DNA of 64,000 nucleotides from Diadema antillarum (GCF_040938485.1 NW_027271380.1:682001-746000), one strand, 5' to 3'. Shown: positions 49,545-61,719, numbered from the stretch's first letter. The notes: generated by a model not told the origin, from the letters alone. Made by a program: numbers and translations.

Positions 49545-50167
49545 ATATTTGTATTTATGATATGTTCAATAATTCTTAGTCCACGTGTCCACTTCATGTT
49601 TGACACAAATGCTTTATACACGTTTTTGGCACAGTGACAGCTGAAGGAAAAAGGAGCATGTCTAACGACACCAAAGGTGGGGTAGGTAATTTTCATAAGG
49701 TTTTTAACGTCAAGATTTTAATCAGTCAAGGTGCCAATTGAAATCATCAAGAAAGTGAAGAATAATGTTAACACGTGATGTCCCAATTGACCATGTTTGT
49801 ATGTTCTGTGGGTATGGAAGACATCATAAACTTTTTCCCCATCCGTCTGTTGTCTTTATGCCATTGTTTTTTTTTCTTCTTGTGTGTCATTACCACAACA
49901 TAGAGTTTTCGATGAATATATCCCTAAGTTATTACAGGTCCTGTTTACCTCTGGGAACAGTAATTTAAACAAGAAATGTCGAAGATGTAACATTTGATGC
50001 ATATGTGTAGGTCTGTTGTATCACAAAACATCCTACCATATAGAATTTTCGCAATGAAGCCTAAGATGTAAGGAAATATCGGTATTTTTTTCTCATTAAA
50101 CCGTAACTGTAGACAGTTTAGTATGAAAACATTTTCATTATAATTTTCGTTCACATTTTGTGTATTT

Positions 50168-50754
50168 GTGACCCTGCACCTCAAAACAAAGAAAAAGTCG
50201 CCAGACATGAATGTTTAGTTGAGACCATATTCTGAAAGAGTGACTTTAAGCTTTAAAATGATGTGTAACTCAAATCAAATGGACTCTCCTAACCTAATCT
50301 AAATATTGGAAAGAAAGCACAATTGGAAAGGAAGTAAACCACCAGGGTAACAACAATGAAGGGATTATCAAATTAAACAGAAATTAAGCATGCCTCATTA
50401 ACACGTGCTGCCCATAATTAATGCCAACTTCCAAAGTAGTAGCACTATCCTTTTAAAAGTTATCAGAATTGAAAGTGAAGAGTGTGGACAAGATTTTCAG
50501 AAAATGAAAAAGGGATTCTAAAGACACACATAATCACACTATTCTACCAAAAATGTTTGAGATAAACTGCTAAAAAAACACTTTTTCCTGCGCGTTTTAT
50601 GATACCAAATTTTAGCATAATGTAAAAGAAGACCCGCTCTTTCAGAAAATATAAAAAAGTCAAGTTCGGCTAGGTTGACCCATTTTACTTATTTTAAGGC
50701 CTCACGCAAAAGCAGTGTGTGCGACTTTATGTTCGTTTTGAGGTGCACGGTCAC
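50168..50754 (-). mobile_element. MITE-A copy with an internal deletion
   Basis: Both TIRs present, ATTT on both sides, about 100 bp shorter than the reference. Confidence 0.88.
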
Positions 50755-52239
50755 ATTTATCAATACTTAACATCGATTATACGGATTCAGAATTTTACAG
50801 TGGTTGTTTCTATCCCAAATTCCCATTTCAAAACTATTATAAAGCACTAATGCTGGTTTTTTGTTTCATCTGCCAATGGTAAGTTATGCCTTTAAGAAGA
50901 AGAGAAAATATATAAGAGAGTAATAACTATGACACCAACAGACTCCAACGTAAACAAGTGAAACTTCTGTTTAGAAGTTTCACAATAATATTCATGTATA
51001 AGCTTGTGTAGAATGACGATCACACAAAACAACTTATCGTTATCACAGTTTTATGGGGAGTGCTATGCATTGCATATCATGCAGAGTGTGCACTACAAAT
51101 GCGTGTCATATATAGGGACCTTTGCCCTGCAGTCTACTTGACAGTGTCAATAACACAATGACATACATTTTTTGTAAGGATCGTAGCAGAATGAAGAGAA
51201 TTTGTTTTGCGGAGAGTTTACTTTAATTGATATAGAGTTATGTTGTTGTTGTTGTTGTTGATTTTTTGTTGTAATTCTGTTCACTCTTATAGTTTGCCGT
51301 TGATACTTGAGTCTGTTGAAGACCGAGAGAGAAAGAAAGCGAGGGAAGGCATTAGTGATTGAAATTTTCTTCAAACATCATTCTAGCACTGTCATGAAAT
51401 ACCTTCAGCTTCATGACTGCAAATCCGAAGATATTTCTTTTTTCCCACGTGGTTTTCATTATAAAAGCATACGATCTTATTCAGAAACAGTAGGAAAAAA
51501 AAAACACAACTCTGTGATATGTCTTGCTGACTGACATTAATAGGCTCAAATAAACTTAAACTGTATAGCACTCAACATCAACATATTATTCTCTTTAAGT
51601 TGAAAAGTTCATGTGATCCATCAAAATACATAAATGAATAGGGAGTAAGGATGTAAAGAAAGACGATTACGAAGGAATGATGATTTATCCCTTCTCCCCC
51701 TCCCACTAAAAAGGAGCCTTTTTGTTCGGGTGATATTGAAAAAAAATCTACATGTAGCATTAGCAGCCGTAGCGGCGAAGTGCAATGTACATTGATTTGT
51801 AAAGAAAACCCATCATCTGTTATGAGTTTGCGATTTTCCACCAGGAAATATCGATTAGTATCAAGTGCAGTAAAGTACTAGGAAGTTTAAGTGGCCTTCA
51901 GAGCGCAGTCCTTTCTTTCTCTACTGAACTGGCCAATTACCTCAAAGCACACGGAATAGAATGGGCGAACTGTAGAAATTAAATTAAAGTTTGGAAAAAA
52001 AAGGAAAACAGGAAAGCAAACAAGTAAAAAAATAAACTGAAATTACAGAAAAGAAATTAGAATAAGACGTCAGTTTAAAGCATGAAATATGTGCGGAAAA
52101 TTAATTCTTTTAATTCTGATAACAAACAAAAATTTGTCGGGCAAGTATAAGTACTCGTCTGTCACCCTCCCACCCCCAAATCTTGTCTTGTTTAGGTATG
52201 AAACAATAGTGCTGTTTTACGATTCCTTGCTTACCTGAC

Positions 52240-52370
52240 TATAAGTAGTGGGGTACTACTCACGGTGATATACATCTCGTCGAAACGTCGCATGGTCCCG
52301 TCTCACCATCATTGCACTCTTTGGAAGGGTTTTCTGCTATGCGAACAGGAGTTATCACTGAGGGGTAAGT
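52240..52370 (+). promoter_or_regulatory. Putative promoter/non-coding exon 1 of copy 6
   Basis: TATAAG at 52240; donor GGG|GTAAGT at 52365; acceptor at 54364-54365. Confidence 0.55.
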
Positions 52371-52515
52371 TTTAAGTTCTAGTTCATTCACGTTTTCTGA
52401 TAATTAAGAGAGTTAATTGGAAAACCAAGCTACGTTTTACTTTTTTTTGATTGGATAATACAATAATGTTTAGAATCCTCATTTTAATCGCATGAGCTAA
52501 TGTAAATCTTTATTT

Positions 52516-53206
52516 GTGACCGTGCACCTCAAAACGAACATAAAGTCGCACACACTGATTTTGCGTGAGGACTGAAAATAAGTGAAATGGGTCAACCTAG
52601 CCGAACTTCACTTTTTCATATTTTCTGAAAGAGCGGGTCTTCTTTTACATTATGCTAAAATTTGGTAACATAAAACGGGCAGGAAAGTCTGTTTTTTTAA
52701 CAGTTTATCTCGAACACTTTTGGTAGAATAGTGTGATTAGGTGTGTCTTTACAATCCCTTTTTCATTTCTGAAAAAGACCTTGTCCACACTCTTCCCTTT
52801 CAACTCTAATAACTTTTGAAAGGATAGTGCTACTGCTTTGAAAGTTGGCATTAATTATGGACAGAATGTGTTAATGAGGCATGCTTAATTTCAATTTCAT
52901 TTAATAATTCCTTCATTGTTGTTACTCTGGTGGTTTACTTCCTGTTGTTTGTCCCATTCATCGCACAGCCAGCACGGCTTGGTAAAGATTAAGCGCTTGA
53001 ATAGACACTGTACTTCAGAGCCTCTTTTCTCAGTTCACACTTTTCCCGAGTTTGTGCTTTCTTTCCAATATTTAGATAGGTTAGGGGAGTCCATTTGATT
53101 TGAATTATACATCATTTTAAAGCGTAAAGTCTGTTCTTTCAGAATATGGTCTTAACTAAAAATTCATGTCTGGCGACTTTTCGTTTGTTTTGAGGTGCAG
53201 GGTCAC
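52516..53206 (+). mobile_element. MITE-A reference copy: ~690-bp non-autonomous TIR element with ATTT target duplication
   Basis: Left end GTGACCGTGCACCTCAAAACGAACATAAAGTCGC; right end GCGACTTTTCGTTTGTTTTGAGGTGCAGGGTCAC (~34-bp imperfect TIR). ATTT lies on both sides. It sits inside the putative intron of copy 6. Confidence 0.9.
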
Positions 53207-54430
53207 ATTTAGAACCGATTATTTTGAATCTAGAAACCACATATCATTATGATTCCCTTGCATCACCAAAGTAATATGATCATAATTGCGATGCCACGTA
53301 ATATCTAATAAGACATAGCACATGAACTATTCTCTCTCAGAATCCAGCTTTAAACTTTTCTCTGTTGTTTTACTTCAACATGACATCCCCGAAGTTGACG
53401 TTATTTTAGTTTTCGCACTGCCCCTTTGCGAGATCACAAGATAGAGTTTTTATAAACTGTCGAAAAAATCGGTAATAGGCCTACCTGCAAACTCTAGTAC
53501 CTCTCATAGCTGCCGTGATATTACAGTTGCAAAAGAAAACAATATCGAAATGAGTTATTTCTGGTAAGATAATGATTCTCATAAATATTTCATATCTGTC
53601 ACAAGGAAAACCTCAAAATGTTACGGAAAAGTATGAGGTTTTCTGATTTCGATATTGAAGCATTTTCTAGAACTTAAAATCTGTACTTTGAAATGATTTG
53701 TTGAAACATTTTTTTTCTCTATCCAAAATACCTCAGAGAAAGGTTGAAAAACTGCTGAAAATAAACACAATTTTGAGAAATTCATTACAATGTAGATTAA
53801 GTCGAGGAATTTTAACCCGTTCCATACTGAATTCTGAAATCCCCATAGACTTAATACTCAGACCACCGTTTTAATAGATAATAAAAGATGAAAATGTCGT
53901 AGTAATTTGCTTCAGTTAACCTGTTTCGATTCTCAACGTGCTTTCTTGATAATAATGATAATAATGATAATAATAATAATAATAATAATAATTCACAATA
54001 TTTACAAAGCGCTTATTAGATAAAAAAATGTCTCTAAACGCTGAGAAAGAGGAAGAGAGGAAAGAAGAAGGTTCAGTTTTAGAATGATCAGACCTAAATA
54101 ATAATAAACAGTTAACCTACTTGCGAAATGGACAGTATAGCATGTATAGTATGTGTCAAATCAAAAAGATTTTGATAATTCAAAATCGAAAATAATTTCA
54201 TTTCTAACCCTGAACAGCGTAACACTCCTGCTATACGGCTCGTTATTCCCCATGTTTAATTCCCTTCAGCCTGAATACCTTTCGTCTCTTTTGAATGAGA
54301 TGGAACGTTTGGAAATTATGTGCACTCACTAGTTTCATTCGTGATTCATGTCATATTTCTTGCAGTTGGGACAATACACTATTTGTTTTGAGGTAGCTGC
54401 GTTACATCTACCAGAGGCGTTAACAACAAG

Positions 54431-55483
54431 ATGAATACCGTGCTCAACAGTTCACATTGGGAGAATCAACGGGAGATGTACACAACTGATCTTGAAGTGA
54501 CAGAACTCGGCGAGCAAAAAATGACATGGTCCTGGCACCCCTTGCCGTGGTCGTGGTATATCATTGGCGAGCTGGGAACCGCCATTCTTGGAATCATGGG
54601 CAACCTCCTCGTGATTGTTGTCATATTCTGTCGCCGTTCGAAGAGTAGATCCACCGATATTCTGGTAGGTCACCTGGCATGTGCAGACCTACTGACGTCG
54701 CTGTTCCTGGTTCCATATCCCGAACTAAACACCATCCCATACACATGGTTTGGAACCTTATTCTGCAAGGTCTTCAAAGGGAATTACTTGATGTGGACAT
54801 CGGTGACTGCGTCCATATACATCCTATCGGCCATATCGATTGATCGCTACTTTGCTGTCGTGTATCCATTGCATTTTAAGCGTTTCATCAGCCGCCGACT
54901 CGTCATTGCGGTTGTCGCCATGATTTGGCTAGGTGCCTCCGTTCTCATGATCCCGATACTTTTGATCAACAACGCAGACGTTATCCCTGGAAAATGCATA
55001 TTTCACCTACCGTTTCCGAAGCTCCAGGTCGCTTACGGCTTTTTCACCTTCATCATTCGTCTTGCTATTCCCACAACCATCATGATCTTCACACAGGTCA
55101 CTATCGTTCGCGTCCTTCGACGGGAAGCTTTCCGTTTCAAGTCACAGAAATCGACGCAGTCTACGGCGTCTTTCCACGACGTCGCAAGAGCCCGCGTTCT
55201 CCAACTTCTGTTCCTGGTTGTGCTGGTGTATATAGTTTGCTGGGCCCCTGACCAAATCGCTTTTCTCTCCTTCAACCTCGGTCTAGTTCCCCGCTCCCAT
55301 TTTGCAAGTCCTCTCCATCGCATCCTAGTGGTTCTCGCCTTTTGCAACTCTTGTGCTAACCCCATTCTTTACACTTTTCGTCACCAACAATTTCGGAGAG
55401 CTGTTAAAGATTTCTTCAAAGGAGCTACCTCAAGCAGCTCGCCGATATTTGAAGAATTCGTTCCCGAGAAAAACCCAGTCTAG
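54431..55483 (+). CDS. Type A GPCR copy 6, 7TM intact, shortened C-tail (350 aa)
   Basis: All class A motifs are present. A 1-bp insertion at ~55470 and a TAG end the tail about 18 residues earlier than in the paralogs. Confidence 0.92.
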   Translation: MNTVLNSSHWENQREMYTTDLEVTELGEQKMTWSWHPLPWSWYIIGELGTAILGIMGNLLVIVVIFCRRSKSRSTDILVGHLACADLLTSLFLVPYPELNTIPYTWFGTLFCKVFKGNYLMWTSVTASIYILSAISIDRYFAVVYPLHFKRFISRRLVIAVVAMIWLGASVLMIPILLINNADVIPGKCIFHLPFPKLQVAYGFFTFIIRLAIPTTIMIFTQVTIVRVLRREAFRFKSQKSTQSTASFHDVARARVLQLLFLVVLVYIVCWAPDQIAFLSFNLGLVPRSHFASPLHRILVVLAFCNSCANPILYTFRHQQFRRAVKDFFKGATSSSSPIFEEFVPEKNPV

Positions 55484-55967
55484 CGCTCACCGGAACACAA
55501 CCCTGTAGATCTTGCATAACACCAGCACTTTTCCCCTGAAAAATACAAACCTAATGGTTTTTTGAATAGTCTGAGAACCAAATACGGTCCTCATTACACG
55601 GGCACCCATAACCCATGATAGTAACGGTTACTTCCGAGCATTTCCCCACTGTCAACGAAACTTTGATATTAAAAATGTGAAATCGATAGTGATTAATATT
55701 TCTGTAATATCCTGCAAATTTATATTAGACGATATCAATTCTTAAAACGAAGGAGGTAAATGTCCCCGAAAATACATTTTCGGGTTCTTTTCATCTCATC
55801 AAATAAAATGAATATAAAATGTTGTGTTCAGCAGATTAATGTCCCGCAGGAGATTGTTAAATGTTTTAAACTAGGAGCATTTAAAACAGTTGATGCATGG
55901 GATGATTCATTAACAGGGATTAAATCCATAAGTATGCTGGATAAAAGCAACGGCCTTTCAAAAGGCC

Positions 55968-56990
55968 AGGATGAAAGAACACTGGACCCAGCAAGGTGGC
56001 CACACAGCTGCTTCAGTTACATCTACTATGAACACATACTTCTGATGACAAACAGTAGAGGGGTTTGCTGGTAATCATCGTCGTTTAATATCAGTCGCCG
56101 ATTGAACGGTGAAAGGATCAAAGGATTTGTTAGTGGGAAATCTGTCGATAGCTAGTTTCCTCATCTGAGTCCTCTTCAATAATTTTCCTTCCCTAGTCTT
56201 TAATATCTATTCCCGAATACATTGACTGGAACATTGTCATGTAAAATCATAAAATGGGAGTACTTAACTTGGACGTTGTTAATTGCATCCGTATAATAAC
56301 TCCGAGCCGTTTCCTTTGATCTTTTTTTTGTCGTTGTTGTTGTTGTTGTTGATGTTGTTGTAAATTATCCCAGCTTCTTCAAGCAGTCTGCTAATAGTCG
56401 ACATGTGAAAGCTGCCGTTGTTCAGGTCAGGCTCAACATTAATCTGTAGTCTGTAACAATCTTTTGACTACATGGTTCGAGCGGTATTAGAAGGAAATGT
56501 ATTTTCAATCAATTCCAACGAATATGAAAATTGCCAACGGAAATTTCACGACCGTTACCCGACTCGCTCTCCAAACCCTCGTCATGGTCCTTAATAACCA
56601 GCACACCATCGCGCCGATGGCGCTCCACCGCTATAGGCAGAAAAAAAGAACTCGATGACGGCATCATTGCACGACGTAGCCAGAATTGAAATCATCAAAC
56701 GAAGATGTTTACTGTAACTCTCATCTACGCCGTCTGCTTGCTGCAAAACAGGTCGCTTTCTTCTTTTTTTCTGTTTTGTTTTCAATCTCGGGGTTATATC
56801 CTCGTCATAGTTATTATGCATGTACCACCGGTTGCTTTAATAGTATTTGATTCTTTAACTCATGTTTGAATCACATCATGATAAACACTGCGCCGACCTC
56901 AATTCGGGGAAGATGCCCAGGTCTTATTTAGATCCAGGTCAAGCTCTTCATGACCAATATTTAAGGATTTTGAATCTCAAAAGGCATATA
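55968..56990 (+). pseudogene. Decayed type-B-like GPCR, unit 6 (TM1 to C-terminus recognisable)
   Basis: GTGGGAAATCTGTCGATAGCT, CGACTCGCTCTCC, GCATCATTGCACGACGTAGCCAGA, CAGGTCGCTTTC, TTCAATCTCGGGGTTAT and CCAATATTTAAGGATTTTGAATCTCAAAAGGC all match gene B in order. Confidence 0.85.
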
Positions 56991-59856
56991 ATTCGATCTA
57001 TATGATATGAATATTGCATAAAACTAAATAATGCTAGGTATACAGAGAAAATTTGCTTTTTGTTTCTGTATCTGATTTCTGGAGAAAAAAAAAAGATATC
57101 AGTATCTTCGCAATTTTTTTTTTCACTACAGAAATTAACTTTATAATCTTTACGAAATAATGATACAAAAGCATCGTGTTGTTTGGGGACCAATTTTCAG
57201 CTTCATATGATAATCTCTCGTAATTTTAGCAGACCGTAGGAATGTTATTGTAAAATAGGGTCCGGAGTTTAGTTGAGCCACTGAGTTGAGGGTTATTTGG
57301 GCCATAATATGACAGATGTGTGCAACTAAAAAAAATAATGTTCATATTCCTTTTAAAGAGTGTTTGTACATTATATCTCTTGCTTAATGAACTCGACGGT
57401 GTTCTTATGAAAACCCTTAGTCCTTCAATACACAGTGAACACAGGTGTACGTTTTCTACTGGCATATCACTGTCATGTTTAATGGGTGAATTATTATACC
57501 GCACACTGTCCCGAAATTGAGCCATCGTATGACCTCCCGTGGAGTTTCTAAGGCTCCATCAGCAACTTCCTCGTGTAGCCATAATAGTATTATACATGTA
57601 TTTCCTTCGCGTGTCATTTTGGCAAACTGCTTTAACATACAAATCTTCGCATAGCCTTCGTGAGTGGTTCTGGTCCTATCGTTTGACATTCCGTAGGGAT
57701 CTTACTTGCCTCTGCTGTTGATTAGTTTTCGACCAAGTTTCGGCCCAACTTGACAATCTGCTGTCAATTTCAGGAAAGACTAACTACGCCGCACAGCAGT
57801 TTGACCTCTGCCAGTCTATAACAACCTGTTCCTGCACCTCAGAAAGATGCAGGGCTGTTGTCTTCTCATGTTTCGGACATGGTTGATTCGAAGATTGCCT
57901 TTCAATTATTGTTTTTAAAAGTGGGCTCTGATGGCTGAGGCGTTGTTGCTACCAGAAGGTAGCTCGTTGGGTTCCTTGGATTCACTATAGGTTCGCAGGT
58001 TTACCATGATTTGTGTTCCTGGACATCTTCAGCATCTTATCAAAGGCATTTTAATTGGCACGCCCGCTGTCGCTGTTTTCAAAACAATAAAACACGAACA
58101 TCTATTTCAATCATGTTTGCAATTTTACACTAGGATTATATACAAATTTGTATTAACAAAATACATTGAATATCAAACTCTAATGACACCGGTGTTAATA
58201 CGGAATTCTTAGGGTCTTCGCTGAGTATCCCGAACATATTCGGAGGCTCCTAGATGTTTTCGGAAGCTACACGGAGGTAGACGGTGAACCCAAGGTAGAG
58301 TACGGTTCGTTTTTACGGTTTGTGTTTATTTTTATCCGTGGACTGTGGAACGAAAATCTGAGAAAGCTTATTTCTTTTCTTCTTTTTTATTATTTTAAAG
58401 GATATGCCTGAATCACACCGGACGCGGATGATCCCGGAGTGATGACCCGGGTGGATCAGTGACGCGATCCATGAAAGTATAAAACGAGCTTACGAAAATA
58501 AAAGTAAGGAAATGGTTAGTTTTCATACAAATGTTTTCTCGAGTAGTTCTAAAAAAAATTATTTTGTTACTTTATAAAGTTGTGTTCCTCTTGTGACCGA
58601 TCTTTGCTAACACCGGCGAGTACATTCTGAAACGTATAAAAAATAGCACATATCTGTTTCCATTAATCTACTTCATACCGTAAGGGGAGGTACATACAGA
58701 AAAAAAAAGATAGCGTACTTGTTTAAGGGAACACAATATTTCTTAAGTATGAAAAATGTATTATTATATTAATTGATATCTAATCTGCATATTCATGCAA
58801 TATGCAGTTGAAATAGAATATGTGTCAGGCTAAAAGAACACGAAAGCTGTTTCCCTCTATGAACAAAGATAAAAACCAAATATTACATTAATTACGCATA
58901 ATCAATACGAACATTTAAATTTACCTTGGAAGTCTCTACCCCATTGATCCTATTAGACATCAGTTGGGCAATAGGTTGACGACTTCCTAACTTCCTAACA
59001 AATTTGTCAGTTATTGGAGATATTAAGAGGCTTAAAAACAATTCTTTTTCATTTTTTCCCATAATCTCAAAATGTGTCTTATTGCTGAGCAGCATTCTTT
59101 CAAACATAAGAAAACGTGGAAAACGACACTTATTTCGCGACGAAAACTGCCATTTAAGGAGAGTTTTGAAAGATAAGTAATCTCCTTGAAAAAAAAAATA
59201 TTTCCAGCAACTAAAAAATACATATAAATATTCAAGTAACATGCGATCAATTTGAACATTCTGGGGTCTCAACTCAAAAAAAAAAAGAGAAAAAAAAAAC
59301 TTGCGTGCCCTTCACATAAATAAATATAACATCCGATAATGCAATATCATAGTAAATAGAATTGCAAAGTTATGTCATCTGCGACGCTTGGAAAGGTATT
59401 AAAAGCACCCCTTAAAGATAGAGAGTGGGTAAAATAATTTGAAACCTATACAGTTATTTTGTTTTTCTTCCTGGCATCGATCCATTCATCTCAAGGATTC
59501 TATGGGCATGGCTGCCTTTTCATATATTTCTGGCGTTGTAAGGGCGATATCTTCTAAAAAGCCTACCCGAGTAGTAAAGGCACTTCGCAACGGTTTGTCA
59601 TTGGTTGTTGTGAGAAAATGGCGAAAATTTCTACTGCCCTCACTTGGAAAGCTCTAACTGAAGTGCAATCGTATCATGTAGAACTTGGCCTATTGAAACT
59701 TTATCATTGTTCATATATATCTTTTTTTTTTCTGGTTGCGCTGTACCAAGCATATATAATTGCCTCGTACCCAATGTTTGCCTGCACTACTCTTTGCGTC
59801 TATGCTTATAGAGCGTCACGTCGTGTTTTGGCTCAATCTCGTGAATTTGTCAAGAA

Positions 59857-60557
59857 CAGGTAAGTGGTGACAGCGCGTAATGTAGATTACCGATCCATGC
59901 TCCATTTGATGATTACCTAACACAACTTTTTTTGTTAATCCATGGTTGTATTGTTTTCAACCTATTTAGACTCTTGATCTCGAAATCATATGTAACTTGT
60001 CGCATAAGTCTTTTAAAACACGCAAACATGAAAACACAGTTTGCCGTGAGTCTGATGTTAACTTAAAATGGAATTGAAAATGTAAGAGACTGGGTAGTGT
60101 TCACACATTACGTGAGTTTTATACAAAAATCTCCTTATGCAACCTAACAATATTTCGAAAGTCTAAACATTTTTAAAAATAGTCAGGAAATAGTAAATGT
60201 GTCAAACACTTTTTGCTAAGATTCACTTGTTAGTATATGCGACTTTCATCATGGTATCGTGCCAACAGAACATATGATTATTTGAGTATGCATTTTTCAA
60301 AACTCACTTAAAAGTCAATGGAGTTCAAACTAATGTAGTGCGCAGTAACCAAAACATACGATTGTCTTTTGCAGAGTGGACTACTTTTCTAGAAGCGAAC
60401 AACGATAATGTATAACCAGGAACTCGTCTTAAAGAAACACCACCACACACTATATGAGCACGTTGCCGCGAGTTAGGTTGAAAATGTCTTTACTGTACTC
60501 TTAAGATGTACATTATAACCGATGTTTGGAATTTTACTCACACTTTTTTTTTTATAG
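59857..60557 (+). other. Putative 5'UTR intron of gene B
   Basis: Consensus donor CAG|GTAAGT at 59860 and polypyrimidine-AG acceptor at 60556-60557, 70 nt before the ATG. Confidence 0.55.
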
Positions 60558-60627
60558 CTCGTACATAAGACCATCATCAAGAAAGAAGCAATTCATAGGT
60601 TGGAGAAAGATTGTGTCATTCGACAAG

Positions 60628-61719
60628 ATGAATCCTAGTGCGTACTTCCAGTCAGAACGTTCCCTTCCAAGCGAACTTACAGAAACGTACCCGATAAAGC
60701 ACGAAGTCACTGCAATCGACGAGTTTCCAAGCCTCACAACGCCGGGCGAATGGGATTCCATTCCATGGTCCTTAGACAGGATGTCATGGCCGTGGTATGA
60801 AATCTGCGAGCTTTTTACAGCCGTGCTTGGGATAATAGGTAACCTTTTGGTGATCATCGTTGTGTTTGGTCGCGGAGTGAAGGGCCATTCGACGGATATT
60901 TTGGTGGGAAATCTTGCTATAGCTGATTTTCTCACTTCAGTCCTTCTAATCCCTTTCCCCCGAGTCTTATCTATTCCGAATACGTGGACTGGAGCAGCGT
61001 TCTGTAAAGTTATAAAAGGGGACTATCTGATGTGGACGTCAGTAACGGCGTCCATATACTCACTTTTAGCCGTTTCCGTTGATCGTTTCTTCGCTGTGGT
61101 CTATCCCATCCGCTTTAAGAGGTTCGTCAATCGACGACTTGTGAATGCCGTCGTTATTTTCATTTGGTCAAGCTCAGCATTTGTTGTCGTTCCCAATCTT
61201 CTGACTAATACTACAAGCGCTGTTAGGGGGAAGTGTGTCTTTCAGTCAATGCCGACGAAAATTCAAATTGCCTACGGAATATTTGTATTCGTTGCCAGAC
61301 TCGCTCTCCCAACTGTTATCATGCTTTTTACCCAGTTCGCCATCGCGAGGGCGCTCCACCGCGAGGCCGCTCGCTTTTCGTCGGCGGAGATATCAAACTC
61401 CAAGGCAGCATCATTGCACAACGTCGCTAGAGGTCGAATTATCAGGCTTACATTAACGGTCGTTCTCATATACATCGTCTGCTGGGCTCCAAACCAGGTC
61501 GCTTTCATATGTTTCAATCTCGGGGTTATCCCACGATCATACTTGTTCAGTCCGTATCATCGCTTGCTTACAGCAATTGCGTTCTTTAACTCATGTGTGA
61601 ACCCAATCATATACACCCTGCGCCACCCTCAATTCCGGAAAGCTGTCCTGGACTTTCTTAGAACCAGATCAAGCTCTGCATGGCCAATATTTGGGGATTA
61701 TGAATCTCAGAAAGCGTAG
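60628..61719 (+). CDS. Divergent type B class A GPCR, intact, 363 aa from ATG 60628
   Basis: Motifs GNLL, LAIAD, FCK, DRF, CWAP and NPIIY. Same family as the A copies (KG[ND]YLMWTSVTASIY) but with a different N-terminus and loops. The ORF-track extension crosses the acceptor TTTTTTATAG at 60556-60557. Confidence 0.93.
   Translation: MNPSAYFQSERSLPSELTETYPIKHEVTAIDEFPSLTTPGEWDSIPWSLDRMSWPWYEICELFTAVLGIIGNLLVIIVVFGRGVKGHSTDILVGNLAIADFLTSVLLIPFPRVLSIPNTWTGAAFCKVIKGDYLMWTSVTASIYSLLAVSVDRFFAVVYPIRFKRFVNRRLVNAVVIFIWSSSAFVVVPNLLTNTTSAVRGKCVFQSMPTKIQIAYGIFVFVARLALPTVIMLFTQFAIARALHREAARFSSAEISNSKAASLHNVARGRIIRLTLTVVLIYIVCWAPNQVAFICFNLGVIPRSYLFSPYHRLLTAIAFFNSCVNPIIYTLRHPQFRKAVLDFLRTRSSSAWPIFGDYESQKA

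Noticed and set aside
58390-59420. Possible TTAA-flanked Kolobok/piggyBac-type element (TTAA-AGG at ~58395, TTAA-GGG at ~58723, CCCC-TTAA at ~59410)
   Set aside because: The candidate ends do not form matching terminal inverted repeats.
4982-61719. Assigning gene symbols such as GALR or AstA-R
   Set aside because: The similarity is at family level only. The atypical TM3 spacing and local expansion argue against orthology, and a phylogeny is required.
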